Part shown: positions 31,054-42,074 of the stretch, piece by piece
How the letters are laid out: the number at the start of each line of letters is the position of its first letter
How positions within the stretch are numbered: the stretch's first letter is position 1
Source: Tannerellaceae bacterium
Lineage (GTDB): Bacteria > Bacteroidota > Bacteroidia > Bacteroidales > Tannerellaceae
Assembly: GCA_031271045.1 (NCBI GenBank)
Contig: JAISWO010000013.1
Location: 27-64,026, forward strand
Reading direction: 5' to 3'
Length of the DNA stretch: 64,000 bases
Made by a program: the position numbers and the translations under genes
Notes under the pieces: model-generated
The model's input: the letters and a program-made list of their open reading frames with translations, nothing else
Database searches by the model: none
Told to the model about the DNA's origin: nothing

Positions 31054-34000
31054 TTGACAGCCCAGGATTTACTGAGACTCTACGCTGCCCACCCAAAGGT
31101 AGCCGCGCTAAGTGCTATACTAAAAGATGATTCCCTGCACAATATCTTTGCCGGAGGTCTGAAAGGATCCGGAGCCGCCATGATGACGGCCGCTCTGTTC
31201 CATCGCCATAAAGGACAATGCCTCTGCGTGCTGAACGATCCTGACGACGCAGGATACTTCTACCACGACCTGATGCAGCTCACCGGCGGCGAACAGGTCT
31301 TCTTTTTTCCCTCCGCCTACCGTCGTGCAATCAAATACGGACATGCCGATCCCGCCAACGAGATCCTGCGTACCGAAACGCTCACCGTCCTGAACAAGCC
31401 CGACACTCCGTTCCTGATCGTAACCTTCCCCGACGCCTTAGCCGAGAAAGTGATCTCCAACCAAACCCTGCAAACGCATACGCTGAAGATCCATACGGCA
31501 GAAAAAATAGACCTCATCTTCGTCTCCGACGTCCTGGACGAGTACGGATTTGAGCGCGTCGACTACGTCTATGAACCGGGACAGTACGCTATGCGCGGTA
31601 GCATCCTCGACGTCTTCTCGTTCTCGTACGAATACCCCTACCGTATCGACTTCTTCGATCGCCGGGTAGATACGATCCGCTCCTTCGACGTCGAGACCCA
31701 ATTATCCAAACAGACGCTCGACAGCATCTTCATCGTACCCCGCATCAGCCAGCAAGCCTCCGCCGACAGCTCCCTGCTCGACTCGCTCCCGCCCCAGACC
31801 CTCATCGCCTCGCGCGACTTGGCCTGGTGCTGCGACAGGATCTCCGCCATTTGGAACGACGAGCCCGTCACCGGCGCAGAAGATTCCTTCGCCAACATCG
31901 AACAGATGCGCTCCCGACTGACTTCCGCCGACGACGTCCTGCGCGCCGCTCTCCGCTTCCGACGCCTCCATTTCGGTGTGAAACCTTTCAGTACGGCAGA
32001 TGCCTCCGTCATTTTCCATACCGACATCCAACCCGTCTGCCATAAGAACTTCGACCTCGTCAGCGAGGCCTTTCACCGATACTTGGCGAACAATTATACG
32101 CTCTACGTCCTCAGCGACGTCGCAAAGCAGGCCGCCCGCCTCCGCACCATCTTTGAAGACAGACACGAAGATCTCCCCTTCACAGCGGTCGACAATACGC
32201 TCCACGAAGGCTTCTCCGACGAAACCCTTTCCGTCTGTTTCTTCACAGACCATCAATTGTTCGATCGTTTCCACAAATTTAACCTCAAGAGCGACAAAGC
32301 ACGCAGCGGCAAGATCACGCTCTCGCTCAAAGAGCTCAACCAGTTTACAACGGGCGACTATGTCGTCCACATCGACCACGGCATCGGGCAGTTCGGAGGC
32401 CTGATCCGCACCGAAATCAACGGCAAGATCCAGGAGGCCATCAAGCTCATCTACCAGAACAACGACATCATCTTCGTAAGCATCCATTCCCTCCACAAAC
32501 TCTCCAAATACAAAGGCCGCGACAGCGGGGAGCCTCCCAAACTGAACAAACTCGGTACCGGCGCCTGGGAGCGGATGAAAGAACGTACCAAAACCAAAGT
32601 AAAAGACATCGCGCGCGACCTGATCATACTCTATTCCAAACGTAAAGAAGAAAGAGGTTACGCCTTCAGCCCCGACAGCTTCATGCAGCACGAGCTCGAA
32701 GTCAGCTTCATCTATGAAGATACCCCCGACCAGATGAAAGCGACCGCACAAGTGAAAGGAGACATGGAAAACGAACGCCCGATGGATCGCCTCATCTGCG
32801 GCGACGTAGGCTTCGGCAAGACAGAAGTCGCCATACGTGCCGCCTTCAAGGCTGTGGCCGACAATAAGCAAGTCGCGGTATTGGTCCCCACCACCGTGCT
32901 TGCCTTTCAGCACTTCCAGACCTTCTCCGAACGCCTGAAGGACTTCCCCTGCAAAATCGACTACATCAGTCGCGCACGATCCTCCGCACAGATCAAAGAC
33001 ATACTCAAGAACACAAAGGAAGGGAAGGTCGATATCCTGATCGGTACGCACCGCATCGTCAGCAAAGACATTCATTTCAAAGACCTCGGTATGCTGATCA
33101 TCGACGAGGAACAAAAGTTCGGAGTCTCGGTCAAAGAAAAGCTCCGCCAGATGAAAGTGAACGTCGACACACTCACCATGACGGCCACACCAATCCCCCG
33201 AACCCTGCAATTCTCGCTCATGGGAGCCCGCGATCTGAGCAGTATCACCACTCCGCCTCCCAATCGCTATCCCGTACAGACCGACGTAGAACGCTTCCAT
33301 CCCGACATCATCCGCGAAGCAATCAATTTCGAAATGAGTCGCAACGGGCAGGTGTTTTTCATCAATAACCGTATTCAGAATATCCACGAGATAGAAGCCC
33401 TCATCCGGCGCGAAGTACCCGACGCCCGCGTCTGCGTCGGCCACGGACAGATGGAACCCGGAACCCTGGAAAAGATCCTGCTCGACTTTATTAACTACGA
33501 ATACGATGTCCTGATCGCCACCAGCATCGTCGAGAACGGAATCGACGTCCCCAACGCCAATACAATCATCATCAATAACGCGCATCAGTTCGGCCTGTCA
33601 GACCTGCATCAGTTGCGCGGCAGAGTTGGACGGAGCAATCGCAAAGCATTTTGCTATCTCCTCTCTCCTCCCTTGTCCTCCCTGACGCAGGAAGCCCGCC
33701 GCCGCCTGCAGGCTATCGAAAACTTTGCCGAACTGGGCAGCGGCATCCATATTGCCATGCAAGACCTCGACATCCGGGGCGCCGGCAATATGCTCGGAGC
33801 CGAACAGAGCGGATTCATCGCCGATCTCGGATACGAAACCTACCAGAAGATCCTGGACGAGGCCGTTGACGAACTCAAAGCCGAAGAATTTGCCGACATA
33901 TATACCGTGAAGGAAAACGGACAGCGCGACAGCGGCAGCGAATACGTACGTGAGACCTTCATCGAGAGCGATCTTGAGCTGATGTTCCCTCCGACTTATA

Positions 34001-34410
34001 TCCCTTCCGACTCGGAGCGCGTCGCCCTCTACCGCGAATTAGACAAGATGGAAGAAGAGCGTGATATCAACGCCTTCAGCGAACGCTTGAAGGACCGCTT
34101 CGGCAAAATACCGCAGGAAGGGAAAGAGCTGATCCGGATCGTACGCCTCCGACGCTTAGCTAAAAAACTGGGTATCGAAAAGATCGTCCTCAAGAAAGGA
34201 CAGATGAACATCTCCTTAGTCGTCAATCCCAACAGCCCCTATTACGAAAGCGAAGCCTTCGACAAACTTCTGGCCTTCGTCCAAACGCACCCTCGCCGCT
34301 GCACCTTGCGCGAACAAAACAACAAACGGGGTATCATCATCCGCGACGTCCCTAACGTCGAAACGGCCTGCTATTTGCTGGAGGAAATGGAGAAAAAGAA
34401 CGTCGTGTAA
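31054..34410 (+). CDS. mfd: Transcription-repair coupling factor
   Basis: GDVGFGKTEVA, DEEQKFG, TATPIPRTL, QLRGRVGR, DLDIRGAG; TTG start. Confidence 0.97.
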   Translation: MTAQDLLRLYAAHPKVAALSAILKDDSLHNIFAGGLKGSGAAMMTAALFHRHKGQCLCVLNDPDDAGYFYHDLMQLTGGEQVFFFPSAYRRAIKYGHADPANEILRTETLTVLNKPDTPFLIVTFPDALAEKVISNQTLQTHTLKIHTAEKIDLIFVSDVLDEYGFERVDYVYEPGQYAMRGSILDVFSFSYEYPYRIDFFDRRVDTIRSFDVETQLSKQTLDSIFIVPRISQQASADSSLLDSLPPQTLIASRDLAWCCDRISAIWNDEPVTGAEDSFANIEQMRSRLTSADDVLRAALRFRRLHFGVKPFSTADASVIFHTDIQPVCHKNFDLVSEAFHRYLANNYTLYVLSDVAKQAARLRTIFEDRHEDLPFTAVDNTLHEGFSDETLSVCFFTDHQLFDRFHKFNLKSDKARSGKITLSLKELNQFTTGDYVVHIDHGIGQFGGLIRTEINGKIQEAIKLIYQNNDIIFVSIHSLHKLSKYKGRDSGEPPKLNKLGTGAWERMKERTKTKVKDIARDLIILYSKRKEERGYAFSPDSFMQHELEVSFIYEDTPDQMKATAQVKGDMENERPMDRLICGDVGFGKTEVAIRAAFKAVADNKQVAVLVPTTVLAFQHFQTFSERLKDFPCKIDYISRARSSAQIKDILKNTKEGKVDILIGTHRIVSKDIHFKDLGMLIIDEEQKFGVSVKEKLRQMKVNVDTLTMTATPIPRTLQFSLMGARDLSSITTPPPNRYPVQTDVERFHPDIIREAINFEMSRNGQVFFINNRIQNIHEIEALIRREVPDARVCVGHGQMEPGTLEKILLDFINYEYDVLIATSIVENGIDVPNANTIIINNAHQFGLSDLHQLRGRVGRSNRKAFCYLLSPPLSSLTQEARRRLQAIENFAELGSGIHIAMQDLDIRGAGNMLGAEQSGFIADLGYETYQKILDEAVDELKAEEFADIYTVKENGQRDSGSEYVRETFIESDLELMFPPTYIPSDSERVALYRELDKMEEERDINAFSERLKDRFGKIPQEGKELIRIVRLRRLAKKLGIEKIVLKKGQMNISLVVNPNSPYYESEAFDKLLAFVQTHPRRCTLREQNNKRGIIIRDVPNVETACYLLEEMEKKNVV

Positions 34411-34422
34411 CGGCGACGGACG

Positions 34423-35244
34423 TTACGGAAACTTGGGATACTGCCCGAAGTCGGGTTTGCGCTTCTCAAGGAAAGCCTGTTTGCCTTCCTGCGCTTCGTC
34501 GGTGAGGTAGTAGAGGAGCGTGGCATCGCCGGCCAGCTCCTGTATGCCGGCCTGGCCGTCGAGTTCGGCGTTCAGTCCGGCTTTTATCATGCGTAGCGCC
34601 AGGGGGCTGTGCAACATCATGGTTTCGGCCCATTCCACCACTTCATCTTCCAGCCTGTCGAGGGGAACGACCTTATTCACCAACCCCATGTCGAGCGCTT
34701 CCTGGGCATTATATTGTCGGCAGAGGAACCAGATCTCGCGTGCTTTCTTCTGACCTACGATGCGCGCCAGATAGGAGGCCCCGAATCCGGCATCGAAGCT
34801 CCCCACCCGCGGTCCGGTCTGTCCGAATACGGCATTTTCCGCCGCTATCGAGAGGTCGCACACCACATGCAGCACATGTCCGCCCCCGATGGCGTAGCCG
34901 TTCACCATGGCGATAACCGGCTTGGGAAGAGAGCGTATTTGTTTCTGAACTTCCAATACACTGAGGCGGGGCACGCCGTCGGGGCCGATGTATCCTCCTT
35001 TTCCTTTGACGTTCTGGTCGCCGCCGGAGCAGAAAGCTTTGTCGCCGGCTCCGGTGAGGACGACTACGTTTATCTCCGCCCTTTCGCGACAGATACGCAG
35101 GGCGTCGCTCATCTCGGCGGTGGTTACCGGCGTAAAGGCGTTGCGATACCGCGGGCGGTTGATCGTAATGCGGGCTATTCCGTTGTAGATGTCGAAGAGG
35201 ATGTCTTCATATTCCCGGACGGTCACCCATTCTCTGTGTGTCAT
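34423..35244 (-). CDS. menB: 1,4-dihydroxy-2-naphthoyl-CoA synthase
   Basis: [36 protein letters not shown]. Confidence 0.97.
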   Translation of the reverse strand: MTHREWVTVREYEDILFDIYNGIARITINRPRYRNAFTPVTTAEMSDALRICRERAEINVVVLTGAGDKAFCSGGDQNVKGKGGYIGPDGVPRLSVLEVQKQIRSLPKPVIAMVNGYAIGGGHVLHVVCDLSIAAENAVFGQTGPRVGSFDAGFGASYLARIVGQKKAREIWFLCRQYNAQEALDMGLVNKVVPLDRLEDEVVEWAETMMLHSPLALRMIKAGLNAELDGQAGIQELAGDATLLYYLTDEAQEGKQAFLEKRKPDFGQYPKFP

Positions 35245-35256
35245 ACGTGATTAATT

Positions 35257-35817
35257 TTATTGTTTCGGCCCCAAATGTAAGGTTTTCAATTGGTGTCCGA
35301 TGTGGAAAATCAGGTCTTTTACCGTCACTTCCCGCATCTGCGCCCTGTTTTTGTGGATGAAGACCAGCAGCAGGATGGCAAAGCAGTTCAGGTATAAGTC
35401 TTTCATGTCGAAAACAAAGAGGGGATTCAGGTAGATATAGTCGAGCGTACCGTTCTTCCAGATCAGGTTCCCCATCAGGGAGCAGGCTACGCCTGCGATT
35501 TGGAAGCTCATGCCCAGGTCGAGCAGTCGCCGGTCGCCGCTGGAGATGCTTCTGAGGAAGCTGTACAGTATGAGCAATGTGGTTTCGCACAGGAAGAAAC
35601 AAACCAGATGAATTTGCAGCCCGATGTTGACTCCGAAGTGGCGATTCATCAAACTGTTTAAATAAGTGTGCTTATCGTTGAAGACGGGTTTAAATTCGAA
35701 TAGCGCCGGTATGATGCTGAAGTGACTTTCCGGGAAGTATTGATTAATGATCAACTTGATGATCTGATCGGTGATAATCAATAACATAACCCACAGAAGA
35801 ATCGTTCGTGTTTTCAT
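35257..35817 (-). CDS. Signal peptidase II (peptidase A8)-like protein, divergent
   Basis: From MKTRTILL at 35817: DQIIK, GTLDYI, VFDMKDLY (two Asp in LspA-like positions), about four transmembrane segments. Confidence 0.7.
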   Translation of the reverse strand: MKTRTILLWVMLLIITDQIIKLIINQYFPESHFSIIPALFEFKPVFNDKHTYLNSLMNRHFGVNIGLQIHLVCFFLCETTLLILYSFLRSISSGDRRLLDLGMSFQIAGVACSLMGNLIWKNGTLDYIYLNPLFVFDMKDLYLNCFAILLLVFIHKNRAQMREVTVKDLIFHIGHQLKTLHLGPKQ

Positions 35818-36004
35818 TGTTCTCAAAAATTTGCCGCGAATATACGCCTTCTCCGGCAAAAATGAAAGAAAAACGCATAAATAATCTTTGTGAGACGTAA
35901 AAAAAAAGAGATTCCATAACGAAACCTCACCTCTCCGGACTGCGCCGGAGAGAGACAAAAATTGCCCGCGGTTCATCTGCGAGAGACGCCAGAGCTCCCT
36001 ATTG

Positions 36005-36247
36005 GATGTGATGGATATCCAAACTGCCGGTTTGGGAACTTTGCTGCATGCGCAGAAATTACAATCCGTCGACTTGGTGAATTTGCAACATGTACAGAAC
36101 TTCCAAACTGTTAATTTGGAGGTCTTGTAGTATGTGATGGATGCCCCTGCAAGTTGCAGGACGGGTTTGTAGTATATGATGGATACCCCTGCAAGTTGCA
36201 GGGCGAGTTTGTAGTCGGTGATGGGCGGACGGACTGCCGGTTTGAGC
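36005..36247. repeat. Degenerate 42-bp period array (about 6 units) containing CCCTGCAAGTTGCAGG and CCAAAC-N5-GTTTGG dyads
   Basis: Dyad positions at 36019, 36061, 36103, 36145, 36187, 36229 (exact 42 period); TTGTAGTATRTGATGGAT repeated. Confidence 0.8.
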
Positions 36248-36293
36248 ATTGCTAATAGGTGATGGATGGTGACAAAACGGCAGTTGTTTGCTC

Positions 36294-36308
36294 TGGCATC
36301 TATTTTGT
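36294..36308 (+). promoter_or_regulatory. Putative sigma-54-type promoter of clpB
   Basis: TGGCATCTATTTTGT (TGGCA-N6-TTG), 45 bp before the ATG; TGACAAAACGGCA just upstream. Confidence 0.5.
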
Positions 36309-36352
36309 GATTCCAATGCTAAAGAATAGAAAACAATAAGGAGAATAAATAT

Positions 36353-38884
36353 ATGAATCTGAATAATTTTACCATTAAGTCACAGGAGGCGGTGCAGCAG
36401 GCCGTCCGTTTGGTGGCCGAACGCAACCAACAAGTGATTGAAGCAACTCATCTGCTGAAAGCTGTCATTATGACAGGAGAAAGTATCGTCAATTTCCTTT
36501 TCCAGAAGCTGGATGTACACCTGCAAAACCTGAACCGGGCCCTGGATAGCCAGCTGGAATCCTATCCCCGCGTATCGGGCGGCGAACCATATCTCTCGTC
36601 AGAAGCGAACGCCGTGCTGCAAAAGGCCGTCGATTACTCCGGCAAGATGGGAGACCGCTACGTCTCGCTCGAACATCTCATCCTGGCCATCCTCGCCCAG
36701 CCAAGCGCCGCCTCGCAGATGCTGAAAGATGCCGGCCTGACCGAAAAGGAACTCCGCGCAGCTATTGACGAACTCCGCAAAGGAAACAAAGTGAATAGCC
36801 CCTCGTCTGAAGAGACTTACGACGCCCTGGGTAAATATGCCGTCAACCTGAACGAACGCGCCCGCAGCGGAAAATTGGATCCCGTCATCGGACGCGACAA
36901 CGAGATACGCCGCGTTTTGCAGATCCTCAGCCGGCGCACCAAGAACAACCCGATACTGATCGGCGAACCGGGCGTCGGCAAGACCGCCATTGCCGAAGGA
37001 TTGGCTCACCGTATCGTCCGCGGGGACGTGCCCGAAAACCTGAAGTCCAAACAACTCTTCTCGCTCGATATGGGCGCCCTCGTTGCCGGCGCCAAGTACA
37101 AGGGAGAGTTTGAAGAACGCCTCAAGGCCGTCGTCGGTGAGGTCGTTCGCTCGGACGGGGAAGTTATCCTCTTCGTCGACGAGATACATACGCTCGTCGG
37201 CGCAGGCAAAAGCGAAGGCGCTATGGATGCCGCCAACATTCTCAAGCCTGCCCTGGCGCGCGGCGAACTGCGTGCGATCGGCGCCACAACGCTCAACGAG
37301 TACCAAAAGTACTTCGAGAAGGATAAAGCCCTCGAGCGCCGTTTCCAGATCGTGATGGTAGAAGAACCCGACGAATTGGACACCATCTCCATCCTCCGGG
37401 GCCTGAAGGAAAAATACGAAAACCATCACAAGGTGCGGATCAAGGACGACGCCATCATCTCGGCCGTCAAGCTCTCGTCGCGCTATATCACCGACCGCTT
37501 CCTGCCCGACAAAGCTATCGACCTGATGGACGAAGCCTCTGCCCGGCTGCGCATCCAAGTTGACTCTGTCCCCGAATCGCTCGACGAAATCAGCCGCCGC
37601 ATCAAACAGCTCGAAATCGAACGCGAAGCTATCAAGCGCGAACACGATACAGCCAAGCTGGAAATCCTCCACAAGGAAATCGCCGACCTCAAGGAAGACG
37701 AGAAGAAACAGAAGGCTCAATGGCAAAGCGAGAAGGACTTGGTCAACAGGATACAGCAGAATAAGATCGACATCGAAAGCCTGAAGTTCGAAGCCGAAAA
37801 GGCCGAACGCGAAGGAGACTACGGACGGGTGGCCGAAATACGCTACGGCAAAATCAAGGAAAAAGAGGCAGACAATGCCGACGTCCAGAGCCGCCTCCAC
37901 CAGATGCAAGGTGCCTCCGCCATGATCAAGGAAGAGGTCGACAGCGAAGACATCGCCGACATCGTCTCGCGCTGGACAGGCATCCCCGTCAGCAAGATGT
38001 TGCAAAGCGAAAGGGAGAAGCTCCTGCATCTCGAAGACGAACTCCATAAGCGCGTCGTTGGACAGGACGAAGCCATCCGGGCCGTTGCCGACGCCGTACG
38101 CCGTAGCCGGGCAGGGATGCAGGACCCCAAACGTCCCATAGGCTCGTTCATCTTCATGGGAACGACCGGCGTCGGAAAGACCGAACTGGCCAAAGCACTG
38201 GCAGGATACCTCTTCGACGACGAGAATATGATCACCCGCATCGACATGAGCGAATACCAGGAGAAGTTCAGCGCTACCCGCCTCATCGGTGCCCCTCCCG
38301 GATACGTGGGCTACGACGAAGGGGGCCAACTGACGGAAGCTATCCGCCGCAAGCCTTATTCCGTGGTACTGTTTGACGAGATAGAAAAGGCGCATCCCGA
38401 CGTATTCAACGTCCTGCTCCAGGTGTTGGACGATGGCCGGCTGACGGATAATAAAGGCCGCACGGCGAACTTCCGGAATACGATCATCATCATGACCAGC
38501 AATATCGGCTCGTCGCTCGACAAAAAGGATGCGCTCGACTTGCTCAGGAAGTCCGTCCGCCCCGAGTTCCTCAACCGCATCGACGAAACGATTGTCTTCT
38601 CGCCGCTGAGCGAAAAGGAGATCCAACAGATCGTCCTGCTCCAGTTAGAGCAGATCAGACAGATGCTGGAACAGAACGGCGTCACCCTCCGCTTCACCGA
38701 CGACGCCCTTCGTTTCATCGCCCAGGAAGGCTACGATCCCCAGTTCGGCGCCCGTCCCGTCAAGCGCGTGATACAGAAATATGTGCTGAACGAACTCTCC
38801 AAGCAACTCCTCGGAGGCCGGATAGACAAGAGCCGACCCATCACGGTAGACGTGGTCGAGAAGAATATGTTCTTCCGGAACTAA
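36353..38884 (+). CDS. clpB: ATP-dependent chaperone ClpB
   Basis: Two AAA+ modules ([16 protein letters not shown]), coiled-coil middle domain, [12 protein letters not shown]. Confidence 0.97.
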   Translation: MNLNNFTIKSQEAVQQAVRLVAERNQQVIEATHLLKAVIMTGESIVNFLFQKLDVHLQNLNRALDSQLESYPRVSGGEPYLSSEANAVLQKAVDYSGKMGDRYVSLEHLILAILAQPSAASQMLKDAGLTEKELRAAIDELRKGNKVNSPSSEETYDALGKYAVNLNERARSGKLDPVIGRDNEIRRVLQILSRRTKNNPILIGEPGVGKTAIAEGLAHRIVRGDVPENLKSKQLFSLDMGALVAGAKYKGEFEERLKAVVGEVVRSDGEVILFVDEIHTLVGAGKSEGAMDAANILKPALARGELRAIGATTLNEYQKYFEKDKALERRFQIVMVEEPDELDTISILRGLKEKYENHHKVRIKDDAIISAVKLSSRYITDRFLPDKAIDLMDEASARLRIQVDSVPESLDEISRRIKQLEIEREAIKREHDTAKLEILHKEIADLKEDEKKQKAQWQSEKDLVNRIQQNKIDIESLKFEAEKAEREGDYGRVAEIRYGKIKEKEADNADVQSRLHQMQGASAMIKEEVDSEDIADIVSRWTGIPVSKMLQSEREKLLHLEDELHKRVVGQDEAIRAVADAVRRSRAGMQDPKRPIGSFIFMGTTGVGKTELAKALAGYLFDDENMITRIDMSEYQEKFSATRLIGAPPGYVGYDEGGQLTEAIRRKPYSVVLFDEIEKAHPDVFNVLLQVLDDGRLTDNKGRTANFRNTIIIMTSNIGSSLDKKDALDLLRKSVRPEFLNRIDETIVFSPLSEKEIQQIVLLQLEQIRQMLEQNGVTLRFTDDALRFIAQEGYDPQFGARPVKRVIQKYVLNELSKQLLGGRIDKSRPITVDVVEKNMFFRN

Positions 38885-39812
38885 GGCCGTCGCCTCCCTT
38901 CCCGTGAATGGACGGATAGACGCGAGGTGTTCGCATGGAATGGGGCGAATGACAGCCGAGGCAGCTCTTGCCGGCATGTTCGCCCAGCGTCGTGCGGTCG
39001 TCGCCGCTACCGGCCTGATGCCGCGAATTGGGAGCATGGCATTGCATACAGAGCAGCGTACCGGGGTCGGTAGCCGTCCGCAGGATCGAATCGCCGAGCA
39101 GCATCGTCACAGGAATCAGCCGGTCGCTCCTCAGGTGCATCTTGTCGGAACGCAGGTATAGGGCAGTGTAGGGCGCCTTGTCGGACAGGTCGGCGGTCTC
39201 GGCGGGCGCCTTCCTGCGTGAAACGGGGTTTGGCGTATGGATCTCGTGACATGAGAGGCAGGTAATGGCCGGACGGTCAGCCTGCCTTTCGTCGTAGATG
39301 TACCAGTCTTCCGGGTTCCCTTCCAGCGACATCAGGGTGTGCAGGTCGCCTTCGTAAAACATGCCGTGGCAACGGAAGCAGTCGGCATAAGGCTTCTCCA
39401 TCCGGTTATGTTCGAGGTCTGTGAATATCTCCCGGTATGTGGCGGCGTGACCGCTTGCCTGCCATCCGGCATATTCCGCCCGGTGGCACTCGGCGCATCG
39501 GTTGATGAGGTCGAGCATCTGCTCTTCCGACAATCGTATCTCCTCATGTCGCTTGTCCCCCGACCAGTGCGAGAGGAGCATGGCGCCCTTCTCCCGGAGC
39601 GAATGTAACCCTTGGGAGAGGGCCGTTCCGTGGCAATCTATACAGCGGACGTCGGCATGAGCCGATTGCATCCAGGTAGCATGAGAGGGGGAGATTTCGT
39701 GGCAGGCGGCGCAGGTGTTTGCCGGATCCAGAGTGTTCCAGGTTGCGTAGCCGCCGAAGAGGACGGCGATGGCCAGGGTGGCCGTAGCGGCGCAGGTTAG
39801 TTGTTTTTTCAT
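38841..39812 (-). CDS. Membrane-anchored multiheme c-type cytochrome (7 CxxCH)
   Basis: CAACH, CIDCH, CAECH, CFRCH, CLSCH, CMQCH, CLGCH; hydrophobic N-terminal anchor. Confidence 0.9.
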   Translation of the reverse strand: MKKQLTCAATATLAIAVLFGGYATWNTLDPANTCAACHEISPSHATWMQSAHADVRCIDCHGTALSQGLHSLREKGAMLLSHWSGDKRHEEIRLSEEQMLDLINRCAECHRAEYAGWQASGHAATYREIFTDLEHNRMEKPYADCFRCHGMFYEGDLHTLMSLEGNPEDWYIYDERQADRPAITCLSCHEIHTPNPVSRRKAPAETADLSDKAPYTALYLRSDKMHLRSDRLIPVTMLLGDSILRTATDPGTLLCMQCHAPNSRHQAGSGDDRTTLGEHAGKSCLGCHSPHSMRTPRVYPSIHGKGGDGLSSGRTYSSRPRLP

Positions 39813-39827
39813 GATGTTGATGTAGTC

Positions 39828-41486
39828 TTATCGGAAATGCTTCGCTATATATTCGGCCGTGCGGTAGGCGAGGGCCATGATGGTGAGTACGGGGTTAAAT
39901 CCTCCGTTGGTAACTAAGACGCTGCCATCGGCGATAAAGAGGTTCTCCACTTCGTGCACCCGGCACCAGGCGTCGGTGACGGAAGTCTCCGGACGGTTTC
40001 CCATCCGGCAGGTTCCGGCCTGATGCTGTCCTCCCGAAGGGCCGTAGAACGAGGCCGGGGGCGTATCGCCCGTATGCCGCCAGGTGCGTACGGCGCCTGC
40101 TTGCCGGAGAATCTCTTCTGCCCGGGCCGACAGGAAGCGGCAATGCTCGAAATCTCGCGGATGCCTCGAGCCGGACAGGGCGACGACCGGGATGCCCCAG
40201 TGATCCTTCACTGCGGGGTCGACCGTCACGCGGGCGTCCCACATGGGCATCTCCTGGATCGGGCCGAGCAGACGTCCCAGTCGGTAGTAGTTCTGTCGCT
40301 GGTAGTCCTTGTGGGCCTTTCCCCAGCGGGCTTCTCCCCAGGGGCGGGATTGCGAGAAGGCGTAGGGGAGCATATAAAATTCGTTGGCCAGCAATCCGCC
40401 GCCGACGATGCCTGGATTGTGATGGTTGTAGTCGCAGATGGCCATCGTGGCGCCCGGGCCGGTCAGGTCGAGGATATCCCAGTCGAAGAGTCCGGAGGCG
40501 CCGGTATAGGCATGTCCCTGAAGGTTGCGACCTACGCAATCGTGGTTGTTCCCCAGGCCATTGGGATGCAGGCGCGAGCGCGAGTTGAGCAACAGACGGG
40601 CTGTCTCGGTGGCTGATCCTGCTACGACGACGACGTCGGCCGTTTGCGTCTGCGCTCTGCCTTCGGGGTCGAAGTAGCGGACGCCGGCGACTCGTCCGGC
40701 ATCGTCCGTCAGCAATTCGGCCACGACGCAGCCGGTCCGCACTTCGCATCGACCGGTGGCCATGGCGACGGGGATGACAGTGTTCTGCGTGCCGTTTTTC
40801 GCATCGACGGGGCAAGCATAGCCGCAGCAGGTACGGTTGCGGATACAGGCAGCCCGTCCGTTGTAGGGGACGGAATTGCGGAGCATGGGAATGGGGAAGG
40901 GGTGCAGCCCCATGCGTTGGCATACGTCGGCCAAGTAGCGCCCATCGCGGTTGTACTCGAAAGCGGGCATAGGATGTGGGCGTCGGCGTGGGGGAGCGAA
41001 CGGGTTGAGGCTGTCGTTGCCTGCGACACCTACCTCCCATTCGGCCTGTTCGTAATAAGGCTCCAGGTCGTCGTAGCTGATGGGCCAGTCGTCGAGGGTA
41101 GAGCCTTCCACTTCGCCGTAGATGGATTTCAGCCGGAAGTCTTCCTGCATGAACCGCCAGGCCATGGCTCCGTAGCTGACGGTACCCGATCCGACGCAGG
41201 CGGCCACGTGGTTGTAGCTGCCGTCTCCGGCATGGATGGTCGTACGGGAGCCGTCGGGGCCGACATAGACGCGCGGATGTTTCTTCCAATCGGGGCCGAA
41301 GGCCGAATCCAGCACCTGCATACGTTGCGAGATGAGCTCGTCGTTGATATGGGCGTCGTATACCGGCCAGCCGCCCCGCTCGAAGAGGACGGTCTGCATC
41401 CCGGCCGTTGCCAATACCTTGGCAGCCACTCCGCCTCCGGCTCCGGCACCTACGACGATGGCCTGTACGTGTTGTTGCTTATCCAT
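39828..41486 (-). CDS. GMC family FAD oxidoreductase (large subunit)
   Basis: GAGAGG FAD motif, WPISYDDLEPYY, Cys cluster CIRNRTCCGYAC, HQAGTCRMG, NPVLTIMALA; start MDKQQ at 41486. Confidence 0.92.
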   Translation of the reverse strand: MDKQQHVQAIVVGAGAGGGVAAKVLATAGMQTVLFERGGWPVYDAHINDELISQRMQVLDSAFGPDWKKHPRVYVGPDGSRTTIHAGDGSYNHVAACVGSGTVSYGAMAWRFMQEDFRLKSIYGEVEGSTLDDWPISYDDLEPYYEQAEWEVGVAGNDSLNPFAPPRRRPHPMPAFEYNRDGRYLADVCQRMGLHPFPIPMLRNSVPYNGRAACIRNRTCCGYACPVDAKNGTQNTVIPVAMATGRCEVRTGCVVAELLTDDAGRVAGVRYFDPEGRAQTQTADVVVVAGSATETARLLLNSRSRLHPNGLGNNHDCVGRNLQGHAYTGASGLFDWDILDLTGPGATMAICDYNHHNPGIVGGGLLANEFYMLPYAFSQSRPWGEARWGKAHKDYQRQNYYRLGRLLGPIQEMPMWDARVTVDPAVKDHWGIPVVALSGSRHPRDFEHCRFLSARAEEILRQAGAVRTWRHTGDTPPASFYGPSGGQHQAGTCRMGNRPETSVTDAWCRVHEVENLFIADGSVLVTNGGFNPVLTIMALAYRTAEYIAKHFR

Positions 41487-42021
41487 GACTGTAACGGTTT
41501 TGACCAACCACCAGTGGGAAGTCGAGTTTAAGCATCCGGTAACTTGCGTAATTCCGGTTCCCACCATGCCGCGGGGGGCCGTAGAAGCCTTGCATCGTAT
41601 GCCGTATCACCATCGTCAGGAAGGCTTGCGGCGAGATTGTTTCCCAATGTTCGGGGGGGAGGCTGCCTGTTTCCATACGTTCGACGACTTCGGTACGAAG
41701 GGTAGGGGAGAGGGCTTCGAAGGATTGCCCGTGTGCAGCTTGGCAATGGGCCTGGAGGGAGGCGATGCCGTTGTGGTAGCGGTCTTTTGTATCGGGGAAG
41801 TAGCGTGCGACGGTGGCGTCGATATAATAGATTACGCCGGCTTCCGTAGCGCCCGGTGCGTCATCGGCCGGGATGATCTGTTCGCATAAGGCAATAAGGC
41901 AACCGGCTTCTTCCGGCGAGAAGATGCGGTACGGGCTTTGCTGCGGCATCCGCCGGCACCCAACTAAAAAAAGGCTGGAGCAGACTGCGCTCCGTTGAAT
42001 AAATTGACGACGATTTAACAT
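41479..42021 (-). CDS. Gluconate 2-dehydrogenase subunit 3 family protein (Tat signal)
   Basis: NRRQFIQ twin-arginine motif; IIPADDAPGA and GFYGPPRHGGN motifs; overlaps the GMC start. Confidence 0.88.
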   Translation of the reverse strand: MLNRRQFIQRSAVCSSLFLVGCRRMPQQSPYRIFSPEEAGCLIALCEQIIPADDAPGATEAGVIYYIDATVARYFPDTKDRYHNGIASLQAHCQAAHGQSFEALSPTLRTEVVERMETGSLPPEHWETISPQAFLTMVIRHTMQGFYGPPRHGGNRNYASYRMLKLDFPLVVGQNRYSHG

Positions 42022-42074
42022 GGGTTCTTTATAAATTATGAATTAAGGGTTACAAATCACGAATACCCTGTCGC

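Noticed and set aside
35818-36249. N-terminal extension of the 330-aa ORF 35257..36249
   Set aside because: Read-through of the repeat array and promoter region; LspA similarity starts at the Met at 35817
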